Below are positions 8,468 to 17,724 of a stretch of DNA of 42,078 bases, piece after piece; the first letter of the stretch is position 1, and each line of letters opens with the position of its first letter. This DNA is from an uncultured bacterium. Lineage in GTDB: Bacteria; Ratteibacteria; UBA8468; B48-G9; JAFGKM01. Made by a program: the position numbers and the translations under genes. Below the pieces are notes generated by a model. It made no database searches, was not told the origin of the DNA, and saw only the letters and a program-made list of their open reading frames with translations. The DNA lies in the NCBI GenBank assembly GCA_964403465.1, contig CAYOFY010000006.1, positions 1 to 42,078 on the forward strand, given 5' to 3'.

Positions 8468-10290
8468 CTCCTGATAACCTCCATTAGGAAAATAATGCCT
8501 GCAAAAATCCACACGATATATTTTGGAAGAAGACCGTTCTGCAGCAATTTTAGCTTTTTCACGGACAGATCCAAAATTTCGCTTCCCCTGGAATACGCAG
8601 AATCTATTGTTTTTACTGCACATTGCCGGAAAAATCCGCTTATCCTGGGTACAACCTTCTCCGCAATCTGATATATATCAAGTTTTCCGCGGGACTCTGC
8701 GGAATAAAATTTGCTCATGGGGACAATATCCCTGACCGTGCCGTAGAAGTGAGAACCGTCAAAAGCGGTCATCTCCCCCGGGATCGTTTCGCCACCGATA
8801 AAAGTCTCCGTCTTCCTTGAATTTTTTATCCACCTTCTCCCTGCACTGAACAGCAGGCAGAATACCGCGATTGCCAGCCATCCGTAGAAACTTGCCATCC
8901 GTATAAGTTGCAGGTTCAAGGGCACGTATTCTCCGATGGCAGGGAAAAGGAATCTCTCGGTTACCACGCCGGGGAAAATCCCGAAAAGCAGGCATCCCGC
9001 GGCAAGCAGAATCATGGGGATATTCATGAAAGGAGAGGATTCGTAACGCTGGCCGGGAATCTCCCTTTTCTTCACCCCCATGAATGAGTCGTTCAGCACT
9101 TTTATGAAAGATGCGAGAGTCAGGACGCTTCCCAGCAACGCGGCCAACATGGCAAAGATGGCAAGTTCGCCGCCCTTTGCAAGCAGCGCCTGGTAGATGA
9201 GCCATTTGGAAACGAACCCGTTGAACGGAGGCATCCCGGAGATGGAAAGCGCGGCGACGGTCATCACCCCGAATGTAAGCGGCAGTTTCCTTGCAAGCCC
9301 TCCGTAATCTCCCAGTTCCCTTGACCCTGTCGCCTTGATGAGAACGCCCGCTCCGAGGAACAGGAGGCTCTTGAAGACCGCATGGTTTATCACGTGGTAC
9401 AGTGCGGCCACCAGTCCCATGCTCGTTCCGCAGGCAATCCCCAGGAAGATATAGCCTATCTGGCTTATGCTGTGGTAGGCAAGCAGACGTTTTATGTCAT
9501 GCTGGACCAGTGCAAGGAATACTCCTCCCAGGAGCGTTATTACCCCGATGAGAATCATGATTGTTTCCCATCCTATGGACCAGGACGGCTTGAAGATAAC
9601 AAAGTAGAATCTTATCATCGCATATATCCCTGTCTTTATCATTATTCCGGAGAGCATGGAGGAGACAGGGGTGGGAGCCGCGGGATGAGCATCGGGCAGC
9701 CATGTGTGCAGGGGAAATATGCCGGCCTTGATGCCCGTGCCTATGAGCATGGACAGGAAGAAGAGGTGTTTCCACAGGATATTTGCATCCACAAGCCATA
9801 TCCCCAGTATGCTGAAGAGCAGAAAGATGCTTCCGGCGCCGGTCATGATGATATATTTGAAAGAGGCCCTGCGCGCCTCTTCCGTATCGTTGAAAAGGAC
9901 AAGGAAGAAACTTGCAACGGCCATTATTTCCCAGTAAACGTACAGTGCAATCAGAGAATGGGAAAGAACGACGCCGTTCATTGAGCCGATAAAAAGGAAG
10001 AGCAGTCCGTCATAGGCAAAATCGGCTTCCGGGTTATACCACTGGGAATACGATACGCTGAAAAGGCTTATCGTTGAGATGAGCGTTGCAAACAGAAGGC
10101 CGAGAATCTCTCCGTGAGAAAGGGACATGTAATTTACATACATTGAATAGAAGCAGCTTGCGGTTACTGCCACGCCGCCCGCAAGGGATATCCATTTTCT
10201 GTAAGCCCTGCCGGCCCTGCAGAAAAGGATATGGACAAAAGCCGTCCCGAAACTGATTGCCACCGGAAGAAACCAGACGTTGACGTTCAA
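8464..10290 (-). CDS. Antiporter-like proton-conducting subunit (NuoL/HyfB/MrpA-like) with long C-terminal extension
   Basis: YVYWEIM, KAGIFPLHTWLPDAHPAAP, KRLLAYHSISQIGY, NHAVFKSLLFL and GMPPFNGFVSKW. C-terminal region ending LQNGLLPKY resembles the lateral helix/anchor. Confidence 0.88.
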   Translation of the reverse strand: MNVNVWFLPVAISFGTAFVHILFCRAGRAYRKWISLAGGVAVTASCFYSMYVNYMSLSHGEILGLLFATLISTISLFSVSYSQWYNPEADFAYDGLLFLFIGSMNGVVLSHSLIALYVYWEIMAVASFFLVLFNDTEEARRASFKYIIMTGAGSIFLLFSILGIWLVDANILWKHLFFLSMLIGTGIKAGIFPLHTWLPDAHPAAPTPVSSMLSGIMIKTGIYAMIRFYFVIFKPSWSIGWETIMILIGVITLLGGVFLALVQHDIKRLLAYHSISQIGYIFLGIACGTSMGLVAALYHVINHAVFKSLLFLGAGVLIKATGSRELGDYGGLARKLPLTFGVMTVAALSISGMPPFNGFVSKWLIYQALLAKGGELAIFAMLAALLGSVLTLASFIKVLNDSFMGVKKREIPGQRYESSPFMNIPMILLAAGCLLFGIFPGVVTERFLFPAIGEYVPLNLQLIRMASFYGWLAIAVFCLLFSAGRRWIKNSRKTETFIGGETIPGEMTAFDGSHFYGTVRDIVPMSKFYSAESRGKLDIYQIAEKVVPRISGFFRQCAVKTIDSAYSRGSEILDLSVKKLKLLQNGLLPKYIVWIFAGIIFLMEVIRR

Positions 10291-10302
10291 GCAAACCCTC
10301 CT

Positions 10303-11673
10303 TTACAATACCAGAAAAATGCCAAGAACCAGCGAAACCGTAGCCAGTATGACTATGGAAACATTCATGGGTCTGAATCCAGACCTATCAAAATCTGTTT
10401 CCCTGCCTTCTCCCATGAAAACGTACCTGAACAACCTGAACAGATATACCAGTGTAAGCGCAGAAGTTAATATTGCCGCGAATGCGAAAATTATGTGTTT
10501 TGTAACAAGGATCCCCGTGATGGCCTCCAGTTTGCCGAAGAAGCCGGGCAGTGGCGGTATCCCTATGACCGAGAGCATGCTCAGAAGGAAGGCGTAGGTC
10601 AGGACAGGCGTCTTCTTCATAAGGCCTCCCATCTCTCGCACGTCTCTCGTCCCGAAAATCTTTTCGGTCATGCCGGCGCACAGGAAAAGGCATCCCTTTC
10701 CGAGCGCGTGTGCCACGTAGAAAAGCAGGATTCCGCGGACAGCAATCGCGTTGAACATGACAAGTGCCGCAATCATGAAGCCCAGCTGGCTCACCGTTGA
10801 AAAGGCGAGTATCTTCTTGATATCCGTTTCTTTCATTGCCACCAGACCTGCCGCGAAACTGCTGAAGAGGGCCAGCCATCCAGCCCACATCACATTTCCT
10901 GAAACTATGAGTGTCGCACCGAAGAGCCTTGCCAGCCCATAGATGCCGATTTTCACGAGAACCGCCGCATGCAGGAACGCGGTAACCGGGGTTGGGGCAA
11001 CCGAGGCGTCCGGCAGCCACGTGTGGAACGGGAATGTGGCGGATTTCGTCAGGACGCCCAGGAAAAAGAGAACGAAAACGAACTGGGGTACCTGGGAATA
11101 AAGCATATGCGAGATACTGAATGTACCCGTAAAGCGGTATATGTAGGAGAAGCCCAGGAACATGAACCCTGCCCCTGCCCCGGTGAGGAGGAAGGCCTTG
11201 TCCGCCTTCAACAGGTGGTCATCCTTCCTGTAGAACCCGATGAGACGCCACGAGCACAGTCCTGCCAGTTCCCAGAACAGGTATAGGGAAATAAGATTGT
11301 CAGAAAACACAACACCCATCATGCTGCCGACAAAAACAAGACCCCAGAAGGCAAATTTCTGCTGCTCCTCCGGGGATTCCCCGGCAAAATAACCGGTGGA
11401 AAACAGGTAGATAAGCACGCCGATGAAAACGGATGTCAGGGCGAAAATAATGCTCAGGGCGTCACATGTGAAAAGGAGGTTTTTTGCATCAAGAACGAGA
11501 ATCCTTTTCAGGATAAATACCGGTTTCACAAGGGATGAAGACAGAAACAACTGTATCAGCAGAACAAGAAAGCCGCCCCTGATGGAAAATCGTCCGGGCA
11601 GAAGTCTTATGCCGAACGCTCCCAGGAAGGGGAGTATGAGCGCCGACAACAGCAAGAAACTATTTTTCTCCAT
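10303..11673 (-). CDS. Antiporter-like proton-conducting subunit (NuoL/NuoM-like, short)
   Basis: YLFWELAG, KSATFPFHTWLPDASVAPTPV, KKILAFSTVSQLGF and GIPPLPGFFGK. Confidence 0.88.
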   Translation of the reverse strand: MEKNSFLLLSALILPFLGAFGIRLLPGRFSIRGGFLVLLIQLFLSSSLVKPVFILKRILVLDAKNLLFTCDALSIIFALTSVFIGVLIYLFSTGYFAGESPEEQQKFAFWGLVFVGSMMGVVFSDNLISLYLFWELAGLCSWRLIGFYRKDDHLLKADKAFLLTGAGAGFMFLGFSYIYRFTGTFSISHMLYSQVPQFVFVLFFLGVLTKSATFPFHTWLPDASVAPTPVTAFLHAAVLVKIGIYGLARLFGATLIVSGNVMWAGWLALFSSFAAGLVAMKETDIKKILAFSTVSQLGFMIAALVMFNAIAVRGILLFYVAHALGKGCLFLCAGMTEKIFGTRDVREMGGLMKKTPVLTYAFLLSMLSVIGIPPLPGFFGKLEAITGILVTKHIIFAFAAILTSALTLVYLFRLFRYVFMGEGRETDFDRSGFRPMNVSIVILATVSLVLGIFLVL

Positions 11674-12297
11674 TTACCTGCTTTCCTTTTTCTCGTCGCT
11701 GATAAAGGCGATTCTCCTGCAGCGGGGGCATACTATTTTCAGCATATCCGTTCTTTGCACCGGAGGCGTGAATTTCTCCTCCGCGTCGGTTCTTATCTCC
11801 AGTTCTTCCATGAGCCGGGATACCATCACCGGCTGTGCAAATCCGAGGTTTTTCACCCGCCGGAATGTCCAGATAATATGTTTTTCTGTACCTATTATCT
11901 CCCCGCAATCACTGCATACGAGAAGTTTGTGCTGGATTGAATTTGTGACGTCCTTCTCGTCAAAATAGGCGATGTCAAATTTCGTTGACAATTTTATGCC
12001 TTCCTTGGTGATGCAGTTGCGCTCGCACTCGCCGCAGAAGATGCACTCGGCCGGGTGGTGCACCAGCGTTCGCGTGCCTGACCCGTCGTTGTTGACAGTA
12101 TCAATCATCTCAATGGCTTTTGCAGGGCATACCTGGAAACATGCACCGCATCCGACGCAGCCATCCTCGTTGTATTCCGGTTTTCCCCTGTATCTCTTCG
12201 GAGCCGCATACGGCTTGAACGGGAAGCCCGTCGTGAACGGCCTTGAGAATAGACTTGTAATTGCCTCCCTCAATTCCCTTATCTTGGGTTTCTTCAT
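11674..12297 (-). CDS. NuoI/HycF/MbhN-like 4Fe-4S subunit
   Basis: YRGKP...CVGCGACFQVCP and CIFCGECERNC, plus CSDCG and CPRCRR. Confidence 0.9.
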   Translation of the reverse strand: MKKPKIRELREAITSLFSRPFTTGFPFKPYAAPKRYRGKPEYNEDGCVGCGACFQVCPAKAIEMIDTVNNDGSGTRTLVHHPAECIFCGECERNCITKEGIKLSTKFDIAYFDEKDVTNSIQHKLLVCSDCGEIIGTEKHIIWTFRRVKNLGFAQPVMVSRLMEELEIRTDAEEKFTPPVQRTDMLKIVCPRCRRIAFISDEKKESR

Positions 12298-12298
12298 A

Positions 12299-13504
12299 TC
12301 AAATCTCTTTCCTTATCTTTTCGGTCTTCTGCACTGACGTCTCAACCAGTTGCCGGAAATCATAAATCTGCTTCTTCCTGTTACCGGCATCGTAAACCGC
12401 CACCCTTTCAGTACAGCAGTAGCAGGGGTCCACTCCTGCCAGGATGATCGCAACATCGGGTATCATCTGCCCGATGCAGCTGGCCTTGAATGTCGGTATA
12501 TTCGTATAACTGGGGGCACGTATCTTATGCCTCACCGGCCTGTTTGTACCGTCGCTTCTCACGTAGTGGAAGCATTCTCCTCTCGGGGCCTCGTGATGCC
12601 CGATACCTTCTCCGGGCGGGATTTCCCTTATCTCGTTCTGTATCTCCCCGCCTTTCCCTTCAATGGCGTCAAGAGACTGCTCTATTATCTTTATGGACTC
12701 AAACATCTCAAGGAGTCGTACCACCGCCTTATCAAAAACATCGCCGTGTTCAGCGGTTATAACCTTAAAATCCAGCATGGGGTATGCGGCGTAAGGGTCA
12801 TCCTTTCTTATGTCTCCCGATACTCCGCTTGCCCTGGCGACCGGACCCACCGCTCCGAAATTCTTGATATGTTCTTTCGTCAGTACCCCGACGCCTTTCA
12901 GGCGCGCCCCGAGGACAGGGTCGTCAAGCACCGCATGTGTCAGCATTTCCACCTGGCCCTTCAGTCCTTTCAGCACTTTTCTGAGCGCGGGCATATCCTC
13001 TTCCTCTATGTTCCTTCGAACCCCGCCTATCTTGAACATTGCATAGTGATTCCTATTGCCGGTTATTATTTCAAACATGTCCAGAACCGGCTCGCGGTAT
13101 TTCCATGCCCACATGAATACGGTGTTGTAGCCCAGGAAATGCCCGGCAAGTCCGACCCAGAGGAGATGGCTGTGAATCCTTTCCAGTTCTCCGACGATGC
13201 ACCTTATGTAACCTGCCCGTTCCGGGACCGTTGAGCCCAGAAGATCCTCAACCGCGTTGCAGTACGCGAAAGGATGCGAGGTTGAGCATATGCCGCATAT
13301 CCTTTCCACGAGGAAGGTCACCTGGTCCCAGTGCTTGCCCTCGGATAGTTTCTCTATCGCCCTGTGGTTGTATCCCGCCTGCCACTCAACATCCACGACC
13401 TTTTCCCCGTCGCAGTAAAGGGCGAAAAACTCCGGTTCTTCCAGAAGCGGATGATACGGTCCTATCGGTACGATTACTTTTTTCTTCCCCTTGTCTTCAG
13501 CCAT
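12299..13504 (-). CDS. Group 4 [NiFe]-hydrogenase large (catalytic) subunit
   Basis: L1 ERICGICSTSH and L2 DPCYCCTER retain all four Ni-Fe cysteines. Also PIGPYHP, GYNHRAIEK and HEAPRGE, with a 34-aa extension after the L2 Arg. Confidence 0.93.
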   Translation of the reverse strand: MAEDKGKKKVIVPIGPYHPLLEEPEFFALYCDGEKVVDVEWQAGYNHRAIEKLSEGKHWDQVTFLVERICGICSTSHPFAYCNAVEDLLGSTVPERAGYIRCIVGELERIHSHLLWVGLAGHFLGYNTVFMWAWKYREPVLDMFEIITGNRNHYAMFKIGGVRRNIEEEDMPALRKVLKGLKGQVEMLTHAVLDDPVLGARLKGVGVLTKEHIKNFGAVGPVARASGVSGDIRKDDPYAAYPMLDFKVITAEHGDVFDKAVVRLLEMFESIKIIEQSLDAIEGKGGEIQNEIREIPPGEGIGHHEAPRGECFHYVRSDGTNRPVRHKIRAPSYTNIPTFKASCIGQMIPDVAIILAGVDPCYCCTERVAVYDAGNRKKQIYDFRQLVETSVQKTEKIRKEI

Positions 13505-13925
13505 TTTTTCCCTTCCTCAGCGGATAATTACCTTTTTCCCAGTCGTCGCGCAGGAGGAAATGCGTCAAGCCCGGGTGCCCGGTAAAGTTGATCCCGAGCA
13601 GTTCCTTCATCTCCCGTTCAATATAGGAAATGCCGGGTATTATGTCAGTCATTGACTCAATCTCGGGATTTTTCTTGTCAAGATAGGTCCTGACGGAAAC
13701 AACCGTTCCTTCGCTGTCAAACCCGAAATGGTACAGTATCTCGAAAGAGTCGAAGTTTTCAACGCCCGAAGCGACGATATATCTTGCATCAAGGTCCCCG
13801 AAGATTGTTTTTATGCAATTCTTGACGGCTGCCCTGTCAACTGTTATATAAATTCTCTTGTTATTGTGCTTCACTTCCTTTATAACTGCGCCGAGTCTTT
13901 CTTTCAGTTTATCAAGAACGTTCAT
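13497..13925 (-). CDS. NuoC/MbhK-like subunit
   Basis: FEILYHF, IEREMKELLGINF.GHP and YPLRK. Start moved to ATG 13925 (ATGA overlap). Confidence 0.88.
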   Translation of the reverse strand: MNVLDKLKERLGAVIKEVKHNNKRIYITVDRAAVKNCIKTIFGDLDARYIVASGVENFDSFEILYHFGFDSEGTVVSVRTYLDKKNPEIESMTDIIPGISYIEREMKELLGINFTGHPGLTHFLLRDDWEKGNYPLRKGKNG

Positions 13926-14338
13926 TTCAGTTTCTCCAGCAGTTTCACTATCCCGGCGATCATCGCCTCGGGTTTTGGCGGGCAACCCGGGATATACACG
14001 TCCACGGGTATAAGCCTGTCAAGGGGGCCCCCCATCTGGGGTCCTTCCCTGAAGATACCACCGGTACAGGCACAGGCTCCTATGGCAACCACGACGCACG
14101 GCTTTGCCGTCTGCGCATATACCTCTTTTACCCGCTCAATGCACTTCTTGTTCACTATGCCCGTGCAGAGGAGTACATCCGCATGCCTGGGGCTGCCCAC
14201 AAGAACCATCCCGAATCTTTCAATGTCAAAACGCGGGGTAAGACAGTCAAGAATCTCTATGTCGCAGTTATTGCAGGAACCGCCAGACATATGGTAAACC
14301 CAGAGCGATTTCTTCAATGCCTTGATTTTCAGACCCAT
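13922..14338 (-). CDS. Group 4 hydrogenase small subunit (NuoB/MbhJ/HycG-like)
   Basis: GSCNNCDIE, SPRHADVL, GACACTGG and VYIPGCPPKP. Confidence 0.93.
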   Translation of the reverse strand: MGLKIKALKKSLWVYHMSGGSCNNCDIEILDCLTPRFDIERFGMVLVGSPRHADVLLCTGIVNKKCIERVKEVYAQTAKPCVVVAIGACACTGGIFREGPQMGGPLDRLIPVDVYIPGCPPKPEAMIAGIVKLLEKLK

Positions 14339-14344
14339 TTCAAG

Positions 14345-15274
14345 TTACCATCCCTTTACAGCCAGCAGAACACCTATAACGCCGAGAAGCGTAAGCCATC
14401 CCCAAAAGAACCTTAACGCCTGGTCTATCCTCAAACGGGGATTCGTGTTTTTTATAAGGACGAACAGTACCAGAATAAAAAGGTATTTCAATATCCCCAG
14501 CAGGATGCCCGTGAACGAAGAAAAAAACATCCCCCCGAGGTAAAGAGTGACGACAAACAGCGGGCCAACTATGAGCAGCATGGCCTTGGCGAGTTTGAAA
14601 AGCCCCAGCAGGATGCCGGAATATTCTATGAAGGCGCCTGAGGCAAGTTCTCCTTCGGCTTCAGCCAGGTCAAAAGGAACGAGCCCTATCTTGCCCTGCA
14701 GCGCAAAAACCGCTATGATGAAGCCGATGATGCCCGAAAGTGACCCCAGAGTCATGCCGTTCGCGTTCTGAAACCGGATAATATCCACCATTGAGGTTGT
14801 TCCGGAGCTTTTCACCGCGGGTATGATAAGGGCGCAGACGAACGGAAGTTCATATCCGAGAAGGAGTTTTATCTCCCTGCTTATTCCCACGGATGCCAGG
14901 ACGTTTCCAGAAGCGCTTCCACCCAGTATTATGGCGAGGGAAGGAACGGTCATGAGGTAAAGAAGGAGGATGGCATCGCCGGGGAAAGCGAGACCTGTTC
15001 TGAAGACGAGTAATATTATCGTTCCGCAGACAGAGGTAGCCATGACCGCGAGAACCGGTGCGAAAACGAACATGAAAACACTCGCTTTTTCAGGTATCAT
15101 TGTTTCCTTGCCCGCAAGTTTTGCAAAATCCGCGAAGTTCTGGTACCAAGGCGGTCCCACCCTGAACTGAAGTCGTGCCGTGACCTTTCTTTCCGCCCAC
15201 ATGGCAAGCAGACCGCATATGCCGAAAACCGCAATGCTCATGACAAAGTAAAGAAGTATGTAAAAAGCATTCAT
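14345..15274 (-). CDS. NuoH/MbhM/HycD-like membrane subunit
   Basis: ERKVTARLQFRVGPP, DFAKL..KE, PFDLAEAEGEL..G..IEYSG and PRLRIDQ. Confidence 0.92.
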   Translation of the reverse strand: MNAFYILLYFVMSIAVFGICGLLAMWAERKVTARLQFRVGPPWYQNFADFAKLAGKETMIPEKASVFMFVFAPVLAVMATSVCGTIILLVFRTGLAFPGDAILLLYLMTVPSLAIILGGSASGNVLASVGISREIKLLLGYELPFVCALIIPAVKSSGTTSMVDIIRFQNANGMTLGSLSGIIGFIIAVFALQGKIGLVPFDLAEAEGELASGAFIEYSGILLGLFKLAKAMLLIVGPLFVVTLYLGGMFFSSFTGILLGILKYLFILVLFVLIKNTNPRLRIDQALRFFWGWLTLLGVIGVLLAVKGW

Positions 15275-15762
15275 TTTTTTATTGCGTTAATGTCCAGCCA
15301 GTTGAGAACCCTGACCAGGATATTATCACCCAGTTGATAAAAGTTCTTCCTGTCCTCTATCTTTTCTTCATCCAGATATTGCACGGCGCCGTTCCTGCAG
15401 CTTGCGGCACAGAGGGGCTGTTCTCCTTCCCTGAGTCTTCCAAGACATGCATCGCACCTGCTCACAAGATATGGTATCAGTTCGGGCAGTATGGTGCCGA
15501 ACGGACAGGCGAGGGAACAGGTTTTGCATGACACGCACAGTATTTTAGAACGTTTGACCAAACCCGCTTCCCGTTTTAGCGCTCCTGTGGGGCAGCTATT
15601 CACGCACGGATAATCTTCACACCTCCTGCATGCGAACATAAACGCAAGTTCTTCCCGCAGTCCTGTTATCCCGTTATTTTCAGGGTGCATCCAGTAACTG
15701 CACTTTATATCCGCACTCCCTGATTCCAGCAGTTTGTCGTAATCAATATACAGTTTCTTCAT
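15271..15762 (-). CDS. DmsB/HydN/CooF-type Fe-S electron-transfer protein
   Basis: CRRCEDYPCVNSCP, CVSCKTCSLACP and CDAC...PLCAASC. The first Cys motif is degenerate. Confidence 0.85.
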   Translation of the reverse strand: MKKLYIDYDKLLESGSADIKCSYWMHPENNGITGLREELAFMFACRRCEDYPCVNSCPTGALKREAGLVKRSKILCVSCKTCSLACPFGTILPELIPYLVSRCDACLGRLREGEQPLCAASCRNGAVQYLDEEKIEDRKNFYQLGDNILVRVLNWLDINAIKK

Positions 15763-15769
15763 TTTTCTT

Positions 15770-15830
15770 ATTCGCCCTCATCCCTGTTTCCCTCTTCCTT
15801 GAGGGGAGAGGATTAAGGTGAGGGTGAAAT
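15770..15830. repeat. BoxC/REP-like intergenic stem-loop
   Basis: ATTCGCCCTCATCC...CCTCTTCCT-TG-AGGGGAGAGG...GGTGAGGGTGAAAT: nested inverted repeat with a pyrimidine-rich left arm and purine-rich right arm. Confidence 0.65.
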
Positions 15831-16661
15831 TCATACCCAGATATTCGGCTTGTTCTTTATCTGGTCGTACGTGAACACCGGACCGTCCTTGCATACAAAC
15901 AGGTCTCCGATGAGGCAGTGCCTGCACTGGCCTACCCCGCAATACATCTTCCTTTCCATGGAAAGGTATATCTGCTGGTCACTGTACCCTATTTCCAGCA
16001 GTTTCAGCGTCGTAAACTTCATCATGATGGGCGGCCCGCAGACGACAGCCACGGAATTCTTTATGTCAATATCAATGCCGTCCAGGGTCTTCGTGACCAC
16101 CCCTTCTCCGTACTTCCACTTATCGTCCTTCCTGTCAACGGTTATCCGGAAACAAAGGGGCAGTTTCTTGCAGAGAGTATGCCATTGGTCCAGTATCTTA
16201 TCCTTGTATATATAATCATCCGGTGTCTTGGCCCCGCAGCAAAAGACTATCTTCCTGTAGTTATTCACCGTTTCCAGAAGTGCGAGGAAAAGCGCCCTCA
16301 GGGGGGCAAGTCCCACGCCTCCCCCGACCAGGAGTATCTCTTTTCCCCTGTAATAATCCAGGGGATACGGTTTCCCGTAAGGGCCTCTGACTCCGACGCT
16401 GTCGCCTGCCTTGAGGTTGTGTATCTCTGCCGTAACCCTGCCCGCCTTCATCACCGTGAATTCCAGAGTTTCCTTCTGATAGGGGGAAGAAGAGGGCGTG
16501 AAAGGTGCTTCGCCAACACCCGGCACTGTCAGGGACGCAAACTGCCCCGCCAGAAAAGAAAACTCTTTTTCAGGTTTGAGAATAACCGTTTTTATCGTGG
16601 GCGATTCGGTTATTACCTCCAGCACCTTGCACCTGATAGGCTCGTAAATATTCTTATCCAT
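15831..16661 (-). CDS. FAD/NAD(P)-binding oxidoreductase with 2Fe-2S cluster (AsrB/HydG/FlxA/PyrK family)
   Basis: AGQF...GEAPF, GRVT, GVRGPYG, GGGVGLAP, VCGPPIMM and ERKMYCGVGQCRHC...VCKDGPVF. Confidence 0.92.
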   Translation of the reverse strand: MDKNIYEPIRCKVLEVITESPTIKTVILKPEKEFSFLAGQFASLTVPGVGEAPFTPSSSPYQKETLEFTVMKAGRVTAEIHNLKAGDSVGVRGPYGKPYPLDYYRGKEILLVGGGVGLAPLRALFLALLETVNNYRKIVFCCGAKTPDDYIYKDKILDQWHTLCKKLPLCFRITVDRKDDKWKYGEGVVTKTLDGIDIDIKNSVAVVCGPPIMMKFTTLKLLEIGYSDQQIYLSMERKMYCGVGQCRHCLIGDLFVCKDGPVFTYDQIKNKPNIWV

Positions 16662-16663
16662 GA

Positions 16664-17683
16664 CTACATCTTCCTTTTTTCCCTCAAGATTTCCGTCACC
16701 ACCCGTCGCTTGTCAATCTTTCCCGCGCATCCCGCGATGCACCTTCCGCATCCGGTGCATCCCTTCATGCCGAAGTTCTCAACCATGTACCAGTACTTGC
16801 AGAGTAAACGGTTTGCGTACCTGTCGTAAAGCGTAGGTCTCGGAGAGGTGCCTGCTGCCATCCTTGCGTAGCCGGGAAAAAGACAGCTGTCCCATACCCT
16901 TGTTTTCCGCATCTCTTTCTGGTTGCCCGTATCTTCAAGGAGGAAACACACGCAGGTAGGGCAGTTGTTCGTGCAGCTCCCGCACTGCACACAGTTTTCA
17001 ACCTCTTTCGGCATCTTCCATAACTCGGTCTGGTATGCGCCCTTCAGGTCTTCAATGTTCGCGAAGTCAAAATCCCTGTTATTTTCCCTTATCGTTTCAA
17101 CCGCCTTCTGTCTGTTTATGTCGCGTTTCCTGATTTGCTCGCCCGTGGTCTGGAAAAACTTCTGGTCTTCACCGATGAAGGATTTTCCTTTATCCGTGCC
17201 CACCTCTACCAGAAAACCTTCTTCAAACTGGGAAAGATTCAGGTCAAAATTTCTTTCCGGATAAGGATGCAGGAAACCGAGAATTTCGCAGAAACAGGAA
17301 GGGTAAGGAGATATGCAATCAAAACTGACGATGAGGGTTCTTTCCCTCCTTGCCGCATAGTTTGGGTCTTTATATTCACCATCTCTGAATACCCTGTCAA
17401 GTATCTCCAGCCCCTTGAGGTCGCAGGCCGCGGGTCCCATGATCACGGTATCCCCTATGCCGGTGACAGACGGTACGACTCTTTCCTTGAACGGAAAGAG
17501 CATCAGCTTGAGCGGTTCAACCGGCCTTGCCCTGTTATATACGATGCTCGTCTCATTGCCGGGTGCAATTCTCTTGTAGAAAAGAGCGCCATTGAAATCA
17601 ACGGGGGCAAATATCCTGGACATGCCGTTCCTGCCTTTGATGAAACTTTCCCAGTCTTTCCGGGCTATGTAGAGGGTCTCCAT
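16664..17683 (-). CDS. 4Fe-4S protein, AsrA/HydB (sulfhydrogenase beta)/FlxB family
   Basis: ACDL, D..Y..RRE, C...SCFC, CVQCGSCTNNCPTCVCF, RVWDSC and GCTGCGRCIAGC. Confidence 0.9.
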   Translation of the reverse strand: METLYIARKDWESFIKGRNGMSRIFAPVDFNGALFYKRIAPGNETSIVYNRARPVEPLKLMLFPFKERVVPSVTGIGDTVIMGPAACDLKGLEILDRVFRDGEYKDPNYAARRERTLIVSFDCISPYPSCFCEILGFLHPYPERNFDLNLSQFEEGFLVEVGTDKGKSFIGEDQKFFQTTGEQIRKRDINRQKAVETIRENNRDFDFANIEDLKGAYQTELWKMPKEVENCVQCGSCTNNCPTCVCFLLEDTGNQKEMRKTRVWDSCLFPGYARMAAGTSPRPTLYDRYANRLLCKYWYMVENFGMKGCTGCGRCIAGCAGKIDKRRVVTEILREKRKM

Positions 17684-17701
17684 TTGTGATTTTTTTCACA
17701 A
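17684..17701. promoter_or_regulatory. Palindromic operator matching the Rex box (also fits the CRP-family core TGTGA-N6-TCACA)
   Basis: TTGTGATTTTTTTCACAA, one mismatch from TTGTGAANNNNTTCACAA. It abuts the operon start codon and lies downstream of the predicted promoter. Confidence 0.7.
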
Positions 17702-17724
17702 GCCAATTTAAAAAAATGATGAAT

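Noticed and set aside
12299-13504. Large subunit as NuoD/Mbx/Ehr (no Ni) or as a NiFeSe enzyme
   Set aside because: Both CxxC motifs are intact with Cys codons and no in-frame TGA, and hypA, hypB and an endopeptidase are adjacent.
15831-17683. Anaerobic sulfite reductase AsrABC or a soluble group 3b hydrogenase
   Set aside because: No siroheme AsrC and no group 3b delta/alpha subunits in the window; the adjacent hydrogenase subunits are complex I-like group 4.
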